64,000 bases of DNA from an uncultured Desulfarculus sp. GTDB taxonomy: Bacteria > Desulfobacterota > Desulfarculia > Desulfarculales > Desulfarculaceae. The DNA lies in NCBI GenBank assembly GCA_963665125.2, contig CAXXUK010000001.1:1568001-1632000 (forward strand). Reading direction: 5' to 3'. The translations under genes were made by a program, and so were the position numbers. Positions 1 through 10,658 of this stretch are shown here, one piece after another. Numbering within the stretch: the first letter of the stretch is position 1; every line of letters begins with the position of its first letter. The notes beneath the pieces are model-generated. The model saw only the letters and a list, made by a program, of their open reading frames with translations, ran no database searches and was not told the origin of the DNA.

Positions 1-770
1 ACCGCTACCAGGCCGACGGGCCGTTTATAATCACCAAGGGCAAGCAGTCCCCTCCCGGATACAAGGCCATGTGGCCCCTGGGTTACGCCAAGGTCTCTTC
101 CGGTGACGCCACGGTGGCCTTGCTGGGATTCAGCGGCAAATTCGCTGCGCCCCTGGGCCGGGGACCGGCCAAAACCGACAACCTCTACTCCACGCTCAAG
201 GACGAACAAGGCCGTCTGGCCGGGGCCGGTTACGACACGCCCAATATCGTGGCCCACGTCCGCCCTGCCGGAGAAAAGCAGCCAGCCGTTCCCCTGCCCT
301 ATACCTGGGCCGGGTCATGGCAGGGCGAGGGCTGGGGCCGCTTTTTCATCAAAAGAAGCGGCAGCCGATTGTTCATGTTCTGGTACTATTCCACCCGACA
401 GGGGCCGCACTACTTTGGGCGCTATCTGCTCAGCCACGACGGCACCTCGGCCACCGGCTTCGCCGTGGGCAAGCCCTCGGGCGCCCAGGCGACATACTAC
501 CGACATAAACTGGAATTCCTGCTGGATTCCCCGGACGGGCCCAGAATCAAGCTGACATCCGAGCGCCTTGCCGCGCCCCTGGACGACGGCAGGCTGGTCA
601 AATTCAAGCAGCCCAAGACCACGATCGGGGAACTGGAAAAGACCTCGCCCCAGGTGCCGGGCAAAGACGCCGCCATCCTTCTGGAGGCCTCGGAAGAGTT
701 TGATCCGGCCTTGATGTACGAGCGTGCCGTCAATCTGGCCAGGGACGAAAACAGGCTATTGGAGCGATAA
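1..770 (+). CDS. Hypothetical protein, 5'-partial
   Basis: The frame of ORF 69..770 is open back to base 3. Its TAA overlaps the next ATG (TAATG). No family recognised. Confidence 0.6.
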   Translation, partial: RYQADGPFIITKGKQSPPGYKAMWPLGYAKVSSGDATVALLGFSGKFAAPLGRGPAKTDNLYSTLKDEQGRLAGAGYDTPNIVAHVRPAGEKQPAVPLPYTWAGSWQGEGWGRFFIKRSGSRLFMFWYYSTRQGPHYFGRYLLSHDGTSATGFAVGKPSGAQATYYRHKLEFLLDSPDGPRIKLTSERLAAPLDDGRLVKFKQPKTTIGELEKTSPQVPGKDAAILLEASEEFDPALMYERAVNLARDENRLLER

Positions 771-1480
771 TGAACAGCGCCGAAATCAAACAGCAAATGC
801 GCCGGGACCTGGGAGCACGCTGGGCAGGCTTATGGCCGGACACTGCGGTTCCGGACAGGCCGCCCGTATTCGAGAGCGTGGGCAAGGCAGCCCAGCGTCT
901 GCGCGCCCTGCCCCAATACCGCATTGCCCGCAATATTTTCATCATGCCCGACCCGGTGCTGTTGCAGGTGAGGATCAACGCCTTGCAGGACGGCAAAAAC
1001 CTGCTGGCAGCCACCCCCGGGCTAAAGCAGGGCCTCGTGCGCATCACCCCTGACCAGGTGCCCGTGGCCGCCCGCAGCCGGGACCTGCGCGGCGGAGCCA
1101 TGTTCAAGGCGGGACGGCCCCTGCGCCTGCCCGAAGACAGCCCCGGCAAGGTTGATCTGATCATTGGCCCGGCCGTTGCCGCCGACCGGTCCGGCAATCT
1201 GCTCGGAGACGGCAGAGGCCTGTTGGACCTGGCTTATGCCCTGCTCAGCCGCGTTGGTTCGGTGTCAAAAAAGACGAACCTTGTCGTGCTCATGGATCAG
1301 GAGCAGATCGTCGACGAGGTGCCCAGGGAGGAATGGGACGTTCCGGCGGGCCTGTTGGTAACCGCCCAACAGGCCATCACCACCGGCGCGGCGCTGCCCC
1401 AACCCGCGTTTTGGGGCGATATGCCCCCCAGGCTGGGCAACCTGCCGCTGGTGCAGGCCATTGCGGAAATGGAAGACTGA
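770..1480 (+). CDS. 5-formyltetrahydrofolate cyclo-ligase family protein (MTHFSD-like)
   Basis: Motifs ATPGLKQG, VDLIIGPAVAADRSGNLLGDGRGLLDLAY and EWDVPAGLLVT. Confidence 0.8.
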   Translation: MNSAEIKQQMRRDLGARWAGLWPDTAVPDRPPVFESVGKAAQRLRALPQYRIARNIFIMPDPVLLQVRINALQDGKNLLAATPGLKQGLVRITPDQVPVAARSRDLRGGAMFKAGRPLRLPEDSPGKVDLIIGPAVAADRSGNLLGDGRGLLDLAYALLSRVGSVSKKTNLVVLMDQEQIVDEVPREEWDVPAGLLVTAQQAITTGAALPQPAFWGDMPPRLGNLPLVQAIAEMED

Positions 1481-1870
1481 TCAGAGTCCGCTGCCCGGCT
1501 TATCCCACCAGTTATCTGATGATTTCTTTTGGATCTCGCCGCTTGGCTTGGTCACGGGTTTGGGCCTGGGCTGAGCCTTCACCGGAGGTTCGGCCTTGGG
1601 CTTTTCGCGTCTTCCGCCCAGGCTGGGCCGCAACTGCTCGAACCTGTCCTGCAGATCGGGCTGATGTTTGAGCGTGGCCGTGATCTTTTCCTGGGTCATC
1701 TTTTCCTTGATGCCGGTCAGGCCCAGATCGTCATCCAACAAAAAGGCCAATATCGAGCCGCCCTCGACCACAACGGCAAAGAAATTGCGAAACGTCACCG
1801 TGGACGCCGTGTGGCCCGTACCGAGTTGGCTCTTTTTTTCTTCCAGATAGATGCCCTCGACAATGCTCAT
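1481..1870 (-). CDS. Hypothetical protein
   Basis: 129-aa ORF with a GGAGG RBS; convergent with the upstream gene. Confidence 0.6.
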   Translation of the reverse strand: MSIVEGIYLEEKKSQLGTGHTASTVTFRNFFAVVVEGGSILAFLLDDDLGLTGIKEKMTQEKITATLKHQPDLQDRFEQLRPSLGGRREKPKAEPPVKAQPRPKPVTKPSGEIQKKSSDNWWDKPGSGL

Positions 1871-2077
1871 GAACCATCCTCCCGGCTTGGCAAAAAGCCA
1901 TCACGGTTTATTTTTTCTATTATTCGTCGAGTTTGTCTCCTATCTTTATAGTTTAGCCGGGCCCCAAGATTAACGAAAAGCCCTTTTGCATTTAGCGGAC
2001 TAAAAAATTGGCCGGATTATTGTTACAATCGTAAGATATGTCAGGCTTTTCAAACCAGTTGCAGCGGATGGCCATCA

Positions 2078-3523
2078 ATGCGGATTTTGTTTGTTTCTTC
2101 GGAAATCGCTCCCTTTGCCAAAAGCGGCGGCTTGGCCGACGTGGCGGGCAGCCTGCCCAAGGCCTTGGCCGGCCTGGGCCTGGACATGACTCTGGTCATG
2201 CCCCTGTACGGCAATATCGACCGCCAAAAGCACGGCATCACTGACACGGGCGCCCGTGTATGGTCCCCGGCCCTTGGCCGGGAATTCGAGCTTGAGGTCT
2301 GGACCGCCAAGCATGACGGTTGCACGGTCTATTTCCTGCGTAGCGCCGACCTGTTCGACCGGCCGGATCTCTACGGCCCGCCGGGCGGCGAATACGGCGA
2401 CAATCTGCTGCGGTTCGTGGTGTTCAACCGCGGTGTGATCGAACTGGCCCGCTGGCTGGATCTGCGGCCCGACGTGGTGCACGTCCACGACTGGCAGTGC
2501 GCCCTGCTGCCCGCCTTCATCAAAACGCGGCCCTTTGACATCGCGCCCATGGCCAGCTCGGCCTCGGTGATCACCGTGCACAACCTGGCCTACCAGGGCG
2601 TCTACGGCCGTGAGCTGTTCGGCGAAACCCAGTTGCCGCCGTTCATGGACACCATCCAGGGTGCGGAGTATTGGGGCAACATCTCCATCCTCAAGGCCGG
2701 GCTTGTCTGCGCCGACGCCATTACCACGGTCAGCCCCACCTATGCCTGGGAGATCCAGACCCCCGAGGGCGGCCACAGCATGGACGGCGTGCTGGCCTCC
2801 CGGCGCAGCGTCCTGCGGGGCATCCTCAACGGAGCTGATTACGATCTCTGGTCCCCGGAATCCGACCCGTATTTGCCCCAAAAATTCTCGGCGGACGACA
2901 TGACGGGCAAGGTCAACTGCCGCGACGAACTGCTGAACCGTTTCGGTCTGGAGCCGGCCGATGACGGCTGCGCGGTTATCAGCTTCCTGGGACGTCTGAC
3001 CCACCAAAAAGGCGTGGATTTCATCATCGAGACAGTGCCCAAGATCATGCTGGACAATGTGCGGCTGTGCCTGTTCGGCTCGGGCGACTCACACCTGGAA
3101 AACACCTTGCGCGACCTGGCGGCGCGCTATCCCGGACGCCTGGGGGCGATCATCGGCTTCAACGAGGAGCTTGCCCATATCCTGACCTCGGGCAGCGACA
3201 TCCTGCTGATGCCCAGCCGCTATGAGCCTTGCGGGCTCAGCCAGCTCTACGCCATGCGGGCCGGAACCATACCGGTGGTGCGCGCCACGGGCGGCCTGGC
3301 CGATACAGTGCCCCATTTCGACCCCATGGGCGGTCAGGGCACGGGCTTCACATTTGACAGGCCCGACGGCCGAAGCCTGCACTGCGCCCTGCGCGAGGCC
3401 CTGTGGACCTTCCAGCGGCCCGAGCTCTGGCGGAGGTTGCAGCATAACGCCATGAGCAAGGACTATTCCTGGGACGCCAGCGCCCGGCAATACATGGCCC
3501 TATACCACGAAATCGCCTCATAA
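2078..3523 (+). CDS. glgA: Glycogen synthase
   Basis: Motifs KSGGLADV, HVHDWQ, HNLAYQG, GRLTHQKG and PSRYEPCGLSQLYAM. Confidence 0.97.
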   Translation: MRILFVSSEIAPFAKSGGLADVAGSLPKALAGLGLDMTLVMPLYGNIDRQKHGITDTGARVWSPALGREFELEVWTAKHDGCTVYFLRSADLFDRPDLYGPPGGEYGDNLLRFVVFNRGVIELARWLDLRPDVVHVHDWQCALLPAFIKTRPFDIAPMASSASVITVHNLAYQGVYGRELFGETQLPPFMDTIQGAEYWGNISILKAGLVCADAITTVSPTYAWEIQTPEGGHSMDGVLASRRSVLRGILNGADYDLWSPESDPYLPQKFSADDMTGKVNCRDELLNRFGLEPADDGCAVISFLGRLTHQKGVDFIIETVPKIMLDNVRLCLFGSGDSHLENTLRDLAARYPGRLGAIIGFNEELAHILTSGSDILLMPSRYEPCGLSQLYAMRAGTIPVVRATGGLADTVPHFDPMGGQGTGFTFDRPDGRSLHCALREALWTFQRPELWRRLQHNAMSKDYSWDASARQYMALYHEIAS

Positions 3524-3529
3524 ATAAAC

Positions 3530-3551
3530 GCGGCGGCCTTTCGGCCGCCGC
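3530..3551. terminator. Probable bidirectional intrinsic terminator
   Basis: Perfect 9-bp stem GCGGCGGCC-TTTC-GGCCGCCGC between convergent genes. Confidence 0.7.
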
Positions 3552-3574
3552 ATTCGAATCGATAAAAAACGCTG

Positions 3575-4474
3575 TTAGTTAAACAGACCCTTGAGGACCT
3601 TCATGCCCTGTTCCACGGCCTCTTCGGCGCCTCCGCTGCTATCTTCTTCGCCAGCCGGCTCCCTCTGGGAGGAATCATCGCCGTCTTGATAGGTCGGCCG
3701 CTGGGTATTGAACATGGCGCCCATGCCGGACTTGCCGCTGTTTTTACCGAAGTTGGGGTCCTTGAGGTTGTCCATCCACTGCTTGGCCATATTGCGCTGC
3801 TGCTGATCGGCCTGTTCATCCCAGACGACCTTGAGGCCGGCCGGAACGGCAAAGGCGCTGCCGGGCAATGAAACGTTGGTGTCAACGCTGGTGGCGGCGG
3901 AGTTGATCTTGATCGGCCCCAGGCTGCCCTCGGTCTTGAGCGTGATCCCGGTGTCTTCCCAAACATAGCTGGTCATACCCATGACAGTAACGATCTCCAC
4001 GTTCTTGCCCATGAGTTTGCCTTTTCTTTTTTTAACGTCCATGCCTGGCATCATGCCGGCCAGGTTCTGGCCCATGCCTTCGGCGTTCTTGCGCACCGTG
4101 GCCTTTTCCGAGGAGCTGAGCTTGTCGTATTCCTGGGCCATGTAATACATGAAATTGCCAGATTCGATGGCCCGCTGTTCAACCAGGTCGATCTGGGTGA
4201 TGGTCTTCTGTTTGGTGATGGTGATGGTCTTCTGCTCGTTGGTCATGCCAAAGACGGTCGTCTTGGCATCGGTATGAATGGCCCGGTCAAGGCCATTGAC
4301 GTAAAGCACTTCCTTGCCGCTGGAGGTGCCCTTGAGCGTGTATTTCACGATAGCCGTTTTAAAGGGCGGTTTTTTGGGGCTGAAGGGGTTATCAGCGGCC
4401 AGGGCCAAACCGACAGTCATGGCCAGGGCGATTGTGGCCGCGACAATAGAAAAGACTACTCTGTTCAGCTTCAT
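3575..4474 (-). CDS. Exported hypothetical protein
   Basis: N-terminal signal peptide ending ALA-AD; ends in a GMKVLKGLFN tail. Confidence 0.75.
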   Translation of the reverse strand: MKLNRVVFSIVAATIALAMTVGLALAADNPFSPKKPPFKTAIVKYTLKGTSSGKEVLYVNGLDRAIHTDAKTTVFGMTNEQKTITITKQKTITQIDLVEQRAIESGNFMYYMAQEYDKLSSSEKATVRKNAEGMGQNLAGMMPGMDVKKRKGKLMGKNVEIVTVMGMTSYVWEDTGITLKTEGSLGPIKINSAATSVDTNVSLPGSAFAVPAGLKVVWDEQADQQQRNMAKQWMDNLKDPNFGKNSGKSGMGAMFNTQRPTYQDGDDSSQREPAGEEDSSGGAEEAVEQGMKVLKGLFN

Positions 4475-4495
4475 GTAAGGTATCTCTCCGTTTTT

Positions 4496-5347
4496 TCATT
4501 TCTTCATGTTTTGTCCGGACTGGGCGCCGCCGGTGCGATAGCCCTCAAGGTCCAAACAGGCCTGATCATAGCCCGCCTTGTGAATTTCGTCCACGATACT
4601 TTTTCGACAAGGCTCCCCGACAGCTTTGGCCAATCCTGCCGGGTCCAATTCTATTCGGGCCAGGGGGTAATGGTCCCGAACCCTTAGCTGGACGTTGCCC
4701 ATGATGCCTCGGACCCCTTGTTCGGCCCTGCCTATGCGGGCCAAGGTGTCTTTGTCCAGTGGCCGTCCGTACGGCACCCTGCTGGCCAGACAAGCGCTGG
4801 CGGCAATATCGGCCGTGGGCAGGCCCAGGGCCCGGCTCAGGCCGCGGATGCGCTTTTTGCCCAGTCCGGCCTCGGCCAGGGGACTGCGCACCCTCAGCTC
4901 TTTTACAGCCAGCGCGCCCGGCCGGTCATCCGCGGAGTCGTCGAGGTGGCTGCCCTCGGCGACATGGGCCATGCCCATCTCGGCGGCCAAACCCAGCATC
5001 AGCTCCAGCCTGCGTCGTTTGCAAAAATAGCAACGTCTTGGGCTGTTGGCCCTTATTTCCTCAATTGCCAGTTCTCCGGCATCCTTGCTTATTAGCTGGA
5101 CGCCCAAGGACTGGCATATCTTTCGGGCACGTTCTTTTTCCCATGGCGGGGTGAAGTCGCCCTCGCAAAGCACGGCAACGGCCCTGTCTCCCAGGGCGCC
5201 GTGGGCCGCCGCCAACAAGAGTGTGGAGTCCACGCCTCCGGAAAAGGCGACCAATACCGAGCCCATGCCGCTCAGTATTGCTTTGAGTCCGGCCCACGCC
5301 CCAGCGTCCTCCCCGCTCAGGGAGCTTTCGTCATATACGGGATTCAT
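4496..5347 (-). CDS. larE: ATP-dependent sacrificial sulfur transferase LarE family
   Basis: PP-loop AFSGGVDS, RCYFCK, DDRPG, ACLASRVPYG, LRVRDH and DLEGYRTG. Confidence 0.9.
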   Translation of the reverse strand: MNPVYDESSLSGEDAGAWAGLKAILSGMGSVLVAFSGGVDSTLLLAAAHGALGDRAVAVLCEGDFTPPWEKERARKICQSLGVQLISKDAGELAIEEIRANSPRRCYFCKRRRLELMLGLAAEMGMAHVAEGSHLDDSADDRPGALAVKELRVRSPLAEAGLGKKRIRGLSRALGLPTADIAASACLASRVPYGRPLDKDTLARIGRAEQGVRGIMGNVQLRVRDHYPLARIELDPAGLAKAVGEPCRKSIVDEIHKAGYDQACLDLEGYRTGGAQSGQNMKK

Positions 5348-5350
5348 GCC

Positions 5351-5944
5351 CTATTCCATCACCCGATGGCCGGCCCCGGTCAGCAAGGAGCTGATTTTCG
5401 AAATGTCGCCCATTCTCAAGCGAAATGAGTAAATCCTTCGGCCGGGCTCGGCAGGCAGTTGGGAAACGCTAACGATCTGTCCACCGTTTTCGGCGATTAT
5501 GGCGTGCACCTGCTGAAGGGCCCCGTCAAACTCGGCCAACACCACATCCAGCCGACGGGTCTCGTCCAACAGGCCCATGACCTCCAGGAACAGGCCCAGG
5601 ATATCGGCTTGGGTGATGATGCCCACCAAGTAGCCGTTTTCCAGCACAGGCAAACCGGTGATCTTGTTGTGGTGCAACAAACGCGCGGCCTGAAACACGG
5701 TTTCGTCGCTGCGAACCGTCACCGGCTGTTTGACCATCACGTCTTCAACCGTGAGGCTTTCCAGCAGCGAAGGGAACCAGGCGGTCCGCAGTTCAATGTC
5801 CGTGACCAGCCCCACCAGCTTTTGATTCTGGATAACCGGCAGATGACGCACCTGGTTGGTGCGCATCATTTTCAGGGCCTCGTCCACGGTGACATCGGGC
5901 GCTATGGTCAACGGCGCGGCTGTCATCCGGTTGGCAACCTTCAT
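5351..5944 (-). CDS. CBS-pair plus ACT-like domain protein (AcuB-like)
   Basis: Two CBS repeats (RHLPV..LVGLVT and TGLPV..LVGIIT) followed by an ACT-like C-terminus. Confidence 0.85.
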   Translation of the reverse strand: MKVANRMTAAPLTIAPDVTVDEALKMMRTNQVRHLPVIQNQKLVGLVTDIELRTAWFPSLLESLTVEDVMVKQPVTVRSDETVFQAARLLHHNKITGLPVLENGYLVGIITQADILGLFLEVMGLLDETRRLDVVLAEFDGALQQVHAIIAENGGQIVSVSQLPAEPGRRIYSFRLRMGDISKISSLLTGAGHRVME

Positions 5945-6242
5945 ATATCGGCCTCCCTTGGTTAGCTCCTTTTATTGAATTAACAGCTTTTTGCCGCAAA
6001 GTGGTATAAAATCACCAAAACGCCATAAATTTGACTGGCAGGTCACTTATTTTTATTACTGTCGAGCCTTCGCTACGGCGGTTATTTTAGTGCACCTTTT
6101 TTTGCTTCTATGATAATCTGAAATTGTGGATTATTTAGGTTTATTTTATTTTTGTTTTTATTTTTAGCTAGTTAGCACAGCTTTTCTCAACACCACGCCC
6201 GATTTGATTTGAAGTCGGGTGCACCTCAAAGGAGGTTGGGGC

Positions 6243-7877
6243 ATGTCTCCTAAATTCATCTTTGTTACAGGCGGTGTTCTTTCTTCCCTGGGCAAGGGCC
6301 TGGCGGCGGCCAGCATCGGAGCCCTCTTGGAAGCCAGGGGCCTGTCGGTCATCCTGCAAAAACTCGACCCCTACGTCAACGTCGACCCCGGCACAATGAA
6401 CCCGTTCCAGCACGGCGAGGTTTTCGTCACCGACGATGGCGCCGAAACAGACCTGGACCTGGGCCATTACGAACGCTTCACCCACGCCAAGCTGGGCAAA
6501 CACTGCAACCACACCACGGGCAGCATCTATTACAGCGTCATCACTAAGGAGCGCCGGGGCGACTACCTGGGCGGCACGGTCCAGATCATCCCCCACGTCA
6601 CCGATGAAATCAAAAAGGCCATCCACGATGTGGCCCAGGGCGTGGACCTGGCCATCATCGAAATCGGCGGTACGGTGGGCGATATCGAGTCCCTGCCCTT
6701 CCTGGAGGCCATCCGCCAGTTCCGGGCCGACGTGGGCCGCGAAAACTGCCTCTACATCCACCTGACCCTGGTGCCCTATATCAAGGCCGCCGGAGAGCTG
6801 AAAACCAAACCCACCCAGCACTCGGTCTCCGAACTGCGCCGCGTGGGTATCCAGCCCGACATTCTTTTGTGCCGCACGGAAAAGCCCCTGGAAAAGGGCA
6901 TGAAGGAAAAGATCGCCCTTTTCTGTAACGTGGAACCGGAAGCGGTCATTACCGCCATCGACGTCGATCACATCTATGAAGTCCCCCTGACCTTCCACGA
7001 ACAGGGCATGGACGAGCAGATCTGCCGCAAGCTCAACATCTGGACCCGCACGCCGCACCTGCAGAACTGGGAGGAGCTGGTTTACAAGATCCACAACCTC
7101 GGCAATGAGCTCACCATCGCCATGGTCGGCAAATACGTGGACTTGCGCGAGTCCTACAAGAGCCTCAACGAAGCGCTGTACCATGGCGGCGTGGCTAACA
7201 ACACCAAGGTCAACATCAAATTCATCGACAGCGAGCAGGTCGAGCGCGAGGGCGTGGAAATCATCGGCGACGTGGACGGCATCCTGGTGCCGGGCGGCTT
7301 TGGGGCCAGAGGCGTCGAAGGCAAGCTCAAGGCCGTGCAAATGGCCCGTGAGAAAAAGATCCCCTACTTCGGCATCTGCTATGGCCTGCACATGGCCGTC
7401 ATCGAATTCGCCCGCAATGTCATGGGCTGGAAAGACGCCCATTCCGGCGAGATCGATCCCAACTCCACGCACCAGGTCATCTATCTCATGCGTGAGTGGT
7501 TTGATTTCCGCACCCAGAAAATCGAACGCCGCGACGAAGGAACCGACATGGGCGGCACCATGCGCCTGGGCGCCTATCCCTGCAAGCTCATCGAGGGCAC
7601 ACTGGCCCACAAGGCCTACCGCGCCGAGGAAATATCCGAGCGCCACCGCCACCGCTATGAGTACAACAACGAATACCGTGATACACTGCAGGAAGCGGGC
7701 CTCATCGTCAGCGGCACCAGCCCGGACGGCGAACTGGTGGAAATCGTTGAGTTGGCCGACCATCCCTGGTTCCTGGGATGCCAGTTCCACCCGGAGTTCA
7801 AGTCAAGGCCCATGGACCCCCATCCGCTGTTCCGCGAATACATCCGGGCGGCGTTGCGCTATAAAAACAGCAAATAG
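6243..7877 (+). CDS. pyrG: CTP synthase
   Basis: [29 protein letters not shown] and QFHPEF. ATG at 6243 follows an AAGGAGG RBS. Confidence 0.99.
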   Translation: MSPKFIFVTGGVLSSLGKGLAAASIGALLEARGLSVILQKLDPYVNVDPGTMNPFQHGEVFVTDDGAETDLDLGHYERFTHAKLGKHCNHTTGSIYYSVITKERRGDYLGGTVQIIPHVTDEIKKAIHDVAQGVDLAIIEIGGTVGDIESLPFLEAIRQFRADVGRENCLYIHLTLVPYIKAAGELKTKPTQHSVSELRRVGIQPDILLCRTEKPLEKGMKEKIALFCNVEPEAVITAIDVDHIYEVPLTFHEQGMDEQICRKLNIWTRTPHLQNWEELVYKIHNLGNELTIAMVGKYVDLRESYKSLNEALYHGGVANNTKVNIKFIDSEQVEREGVEIIGDVDGILVPGGFGARGVEGKLKAVQMAREKKIPYFGICYGLHMAVIEFARNVMGWKDAHSGEIDPNSTHQVIYLMREWFDFRTQKIERRDEGTDMGGTMRLGAYPCKLIEGTLAHKAYRAEEISERHRHRYEYNNEYRDTLQEAGLIVSGTSPDGELVEIVELADHPWFLGCQFHPEFKSRPMDPHPLFREYIRAALRYKNSK

Positions 7878-7886
7878 GTCTGAGCC

Positions 7887-8720
7887 ATGAGCAAACCAGC
7901 CAGCAAGGTAAACATCGGCGGCAAACAGTTCGGCCGCGATGAATTTTTCGTTATCGCCGGGCCATGCGTCATAGAAAGCCGCGAACTGGCCCTGGAGGTG
8001 GCCTGCCGCCTGGCGTCCATGGCCCAGCGGCTGGACCTGCCCCTGATCTTCAAGTCCAGCTTTGACAAGGCCAACCGCACCAGCATCACCAGCTATCGCG
8101 GCCTTGGCATGGACGAAGGCCTGGGCATCCTCTCCGAGGCCCGCCAGCAAAGCGGCCTGCCCATTATCAGCGACATCCACAACCCTCAGCAGGCCGCACC
8201 GGCCGCCGAGGTCCTGGATGTTTTGCAGATACCGGCCTTTCTTTGCCGCCAGACGGATCTGCTCGTCGCGGCGGGCAACACCGGCAAGCCGGTAAACGTC
8301 AAAAAAGGCCAATTCCTGGCCCCCCACGACGTCGGCCCCCTGGTGCAAAAGGTCCTGGACACCGGCAACCGCAACATCTGGCTTACCGAGCGCGGGGCGT
8401 CCTTCGGCTACAACAATCTGGTGGTGGACATGCGCTCCCTGACCGTCATGGCCCAGACGGGCTGCCCCGTTGTATTCGACGCGACTCACAGCGTGCAGCT
8501 CCCCGGCGGCCTGGGCCAAAGCAGCGGCGGCGAGCGGCGCTTCGTGGGCACCCTGGCCCGGGCCGCGGTGGCCGCCGGAGCCCACGGCGTGTTTCTGGAG
8601 GTCCATCCCCAGCCGGACAAGGCCCTGTGCGACGGACCCAACACCCTGCCCCTGGACGAGGTCGAAGGCCTGCTGCGGCAGCTGAAAAGCATCTACCAAC
8701 TCGTGCGCGGAGACGACTAA
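7887..8720 (+). CDS. kdsA: KDO-8-phosphate synthase
   Basis: IAGPCVIE, FDKANRTS, QIPAFLCRQTDL and DATHSVQLPG. Confidence 0.98.
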   Translation: MSKPASKVNIGGKQFGRDEFFVIAGPCVIESRELALEVACRLASMAQRLDLPLIFKSSFDKANRTSITSYRGLGMDEGLGILSEARQQSGLPIISDIHNPQQAAPAAEVLDVLQIPAFLCRQTDLLVAAGNTGKPVNVKKGQFLAPHDVGPLVQKVLDTGNRNIWLTERGASFGYNNLVVDMRSLTVMAQTGCPVVFDATHSVQLPGGLGQSSGGERRFVGTLARAAVAAGAHGVFLEVHPQPDKALCDGPNTLPLDEVEGLLRQLKSIYQLVRGDD

Positions 8721-9253
8721 TGGTCATCACGCCGGAACTGGCCCAACGGGCGAAAAAAATCAAGCTGCTGGTCCTGGACGTCGACGGCGTGCTCACCGAC
8801 GGCAGCGTGGTCTACGATCATGAGGGCCGCGAAATTAAGTTCTTCAACGTCCGCGACGGCCACGGCCTCAAGCTGTTCCAGCGCGCCGGCTACAAGATCG
8901 TCTGGCTCTCGGGCCGGGGCAGCGCGGCCAACCGCGTCCGGGCCAAGGAGCTTCAGATCGACCATCTTCTGGAAGACACCAAGATCAAGCTTCCGGCCTT
9001 GGAAGACATCATGAAGGCCCAGGGAGTCACCCCGGAAGAAACCGCCTTCATGGGCGACGACCTCATCGACCTGCCGCCCATGCGCATCGTGGGCCTGGCC
9101 ATGACCCCGGCCGACGGCATCGCCGAAGCCAGGCAAACCGCCCACTGGGTCTCCGACTTCAACGGCGGCAAGGGCGCCGTGCGCCAGGCCGTTGAGCTGA
9201 TCATGAAGTGCAGCGGCAAGTGGGAAGAAGTAACGGCTAGGTATTTTGATTGA
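8720..9253 (+). CDS. kdsC: KDO-8-phosphate phosphatase
   Basis: LDVDGVLTDG, FNVRDG, GDDLIDL and GGKGAVR. ATG overlaps the kdsA stop. Confidence 0.95.
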   Translation: MVITPELAQRAKKIKLLVLDVDGVLTDGSVVYDHEGREIKFFNVRDGHGLKLFQRAGYKIVWLSGRGSAANRVRAKELQIDHLLEDTKIKLPALEDIMKAQGVTPEETAFMGDDLIDLPPMRIVGLAMTPADGIAEARQTAHWVSDFNGGKGAVRQAVELIMKCSGKWEEVTARYFD

Positions 9254-9258
9254 TTTTC

Positions 9259-9357
9259 GTGGGGGTGTTTTAACACCCCCACACCCCTAAAAGAACTTTA
9301 CCGTTTATTGTTTGCCGGCTGCGCCGCCAAACAATAAACGGTCATGTTTTTTCGGGG
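9259..9357. repeat. Compound intergenic stem-loop element (REP-like or bidirectional terminator)
   Basis: Inverted repeats GTGGGGGTGTT/AACACCCCCAC (9259-9282) and ACCGTTTATTGTTTG/CAAACAATAAACGGT (9300-9342). Confidence 0.6.
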
Positions 9358-9384
9358 CCGTGGTGGGGCTCTTCCGAATTAAAG

Positions 9385-9972
9385 CTACTTGAGTTTATCA
9401 AGTTCCTCGACCAGGACATCCAGGCGGGGACGCGTGTTGATGTCGTGGACGTCGATATAGCGGATTACGCCGTTTTTATCGATTATGAACAGGGCCCGTT
9501 CAGTGGTGCCGTCCGAGCGAAGCACGCCGAACTCCTGGGCCACTTTTCCATGGGGCCAGAAATCAGAGAGAACCGGGAACCAAACGCCGCCCATGGCCTT
9601 GGTCCAAGAATGCAGGGTCGGAACGTTATCGGCGGTGATTCCCAACAATATGGCGTCACGCTCGGCGAACAGTTCTTCGGCCAGGTTGTAGCCAGGCCAC
9701 TGGCCGGAGCATATCGGTGTCCAGGCAGCGGGAACAAATGAAATAACAACGTTCTTTTTACCGAGGTATTGGCCCAGGCTGACCTTTTCGCCTGATATGC
9801 CGGGCAAGGTGAATGACGGAGCCTTATCACCGACCTTGACCTTGAGTTGACTGTCGGTGGCCTTTAGTTGTCCGGGGTTGTAGATGCCTTCCTTGAGGTC
9901 GCATCGGGCCGAACTCCCCCAGAGCATCGTTGCCGCCACAACCAAGCAAATGATCATTGCCGTTTTTTTCAT
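9385..9972 (-). CDS. Exported peroxiredoxin (AhpE/BCP-like)
   Basis: Peroxidatic motif PAAWTPIC, LSDFWPHG, ERALFIID and a signal peptide. Confidence 0.88.
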   Translation of the reverse strand: MKKTAMIICLVVAATMLWGSSARCDLKEGIYNPGQLKATDSQLKVKVGDKAPSFTLPGISGEKVSLGQYLGKKNVVISFVPAAWTPICSGQWPGYNLAEELFAERDAILLGITADNVPTLHSWTKAMGGVWFPVLSDFWPHGKVAQEFGVLRSDGTTERALFIIDKNGVIRYIDVHDINTRPRLDVLVEELDKLK

Positions 9973-9981
9973 GAGCCGTTC

Positions 9982-10551
9982 CTACTTCAAACCGGCCTTG
10001 CTGACAACGCTCTGCAGAAAACTCTCGGCCGAGGGCATCGCCCCCAGATGGGTGAATAAGATCCTTCCGCCGTCTTTGTTGTCGATAACCACAAAGAACG
10101 GAGTCATCGGATTGCCAAGCTGACCGTGGACAACGCCTTCCGGGTCAGGCAGCAGAGGAAACGCCACCTTGAACTTCTTGCGGAACAGGTCGGTCTCCAT
10201 GCGGCTGTTCTTCACGCCCACGCCAAAAATCTTGATTTTGTCCCCCAGGCCCTTCTGGTTGATAAGTTTGTAGAACTCATTAACCTGGGGGGCCTCCTCC
10301 TGGCAATAGGTGCAGTACATGCTGAAAAGCTGAAGCACCACCAACGGGGACTTTATTTGATCAAGCGAAAATTCCTTGGCGCCATTGGCCACGTCGAGAT
10401 AGGCCAGGTCCTCGTTTGAAACCGGCGCGGCAAAGCTGATCTTGCCGAGTTTGTCTCCTGCCTTGGGTGGCTCCTGGGCCGACGCGGCAAGTGGCGACAG
10501 GGCCAAAATCGCTACCAGGCACAATACTGGAAATGTTGTTTTTCTGACCAT
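9982..10551 (-). CDS. TlpA-like thioredoxin-fold protein
   Basis: Signal peptide, CTYC active site and TPFF cis-Pro loop. Confidence 0.85.
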   Translation of the reverse strand: MVRKTTFPVLCLVAILALSPLAASAQEPPKAGDKLGKISFAAPVSNEDLAYLDVANGAKEFSLDQIKSPLVVLQLFSMYCTYCQEEAPQVNEFYKLINQKGLGDKIKIFGVGVKNSRMETDLFRKKFKVAFPLLPDPEGVVHGQLGNPMTPFFVVIDNKDGGRILFTHLGAMPSAESFLQSVVSKAGLK

Positions 10552-10658
10552 TTTTACCTAAACAGAGGGAACCGGCTAATTGTCTGAGCTATTCTTCTAT
10601 TTTTTTATGCCGGAAACGGACAATGCAAGAATATTTTTAACTACCAATTAAATATGGT

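Noticed and set aside
6168..7790. Long antisense ORFs (also 15040-17199, 49620-51731, 48605-49741)
   Set aside because: These are shadow frames of high-GC3 genes and carry no motifs.
9385..9972. Peroxiredoxin as a selenoprotein
   Set aside because: The active-site codon encodes Cys and the ORF is uninterrupted.
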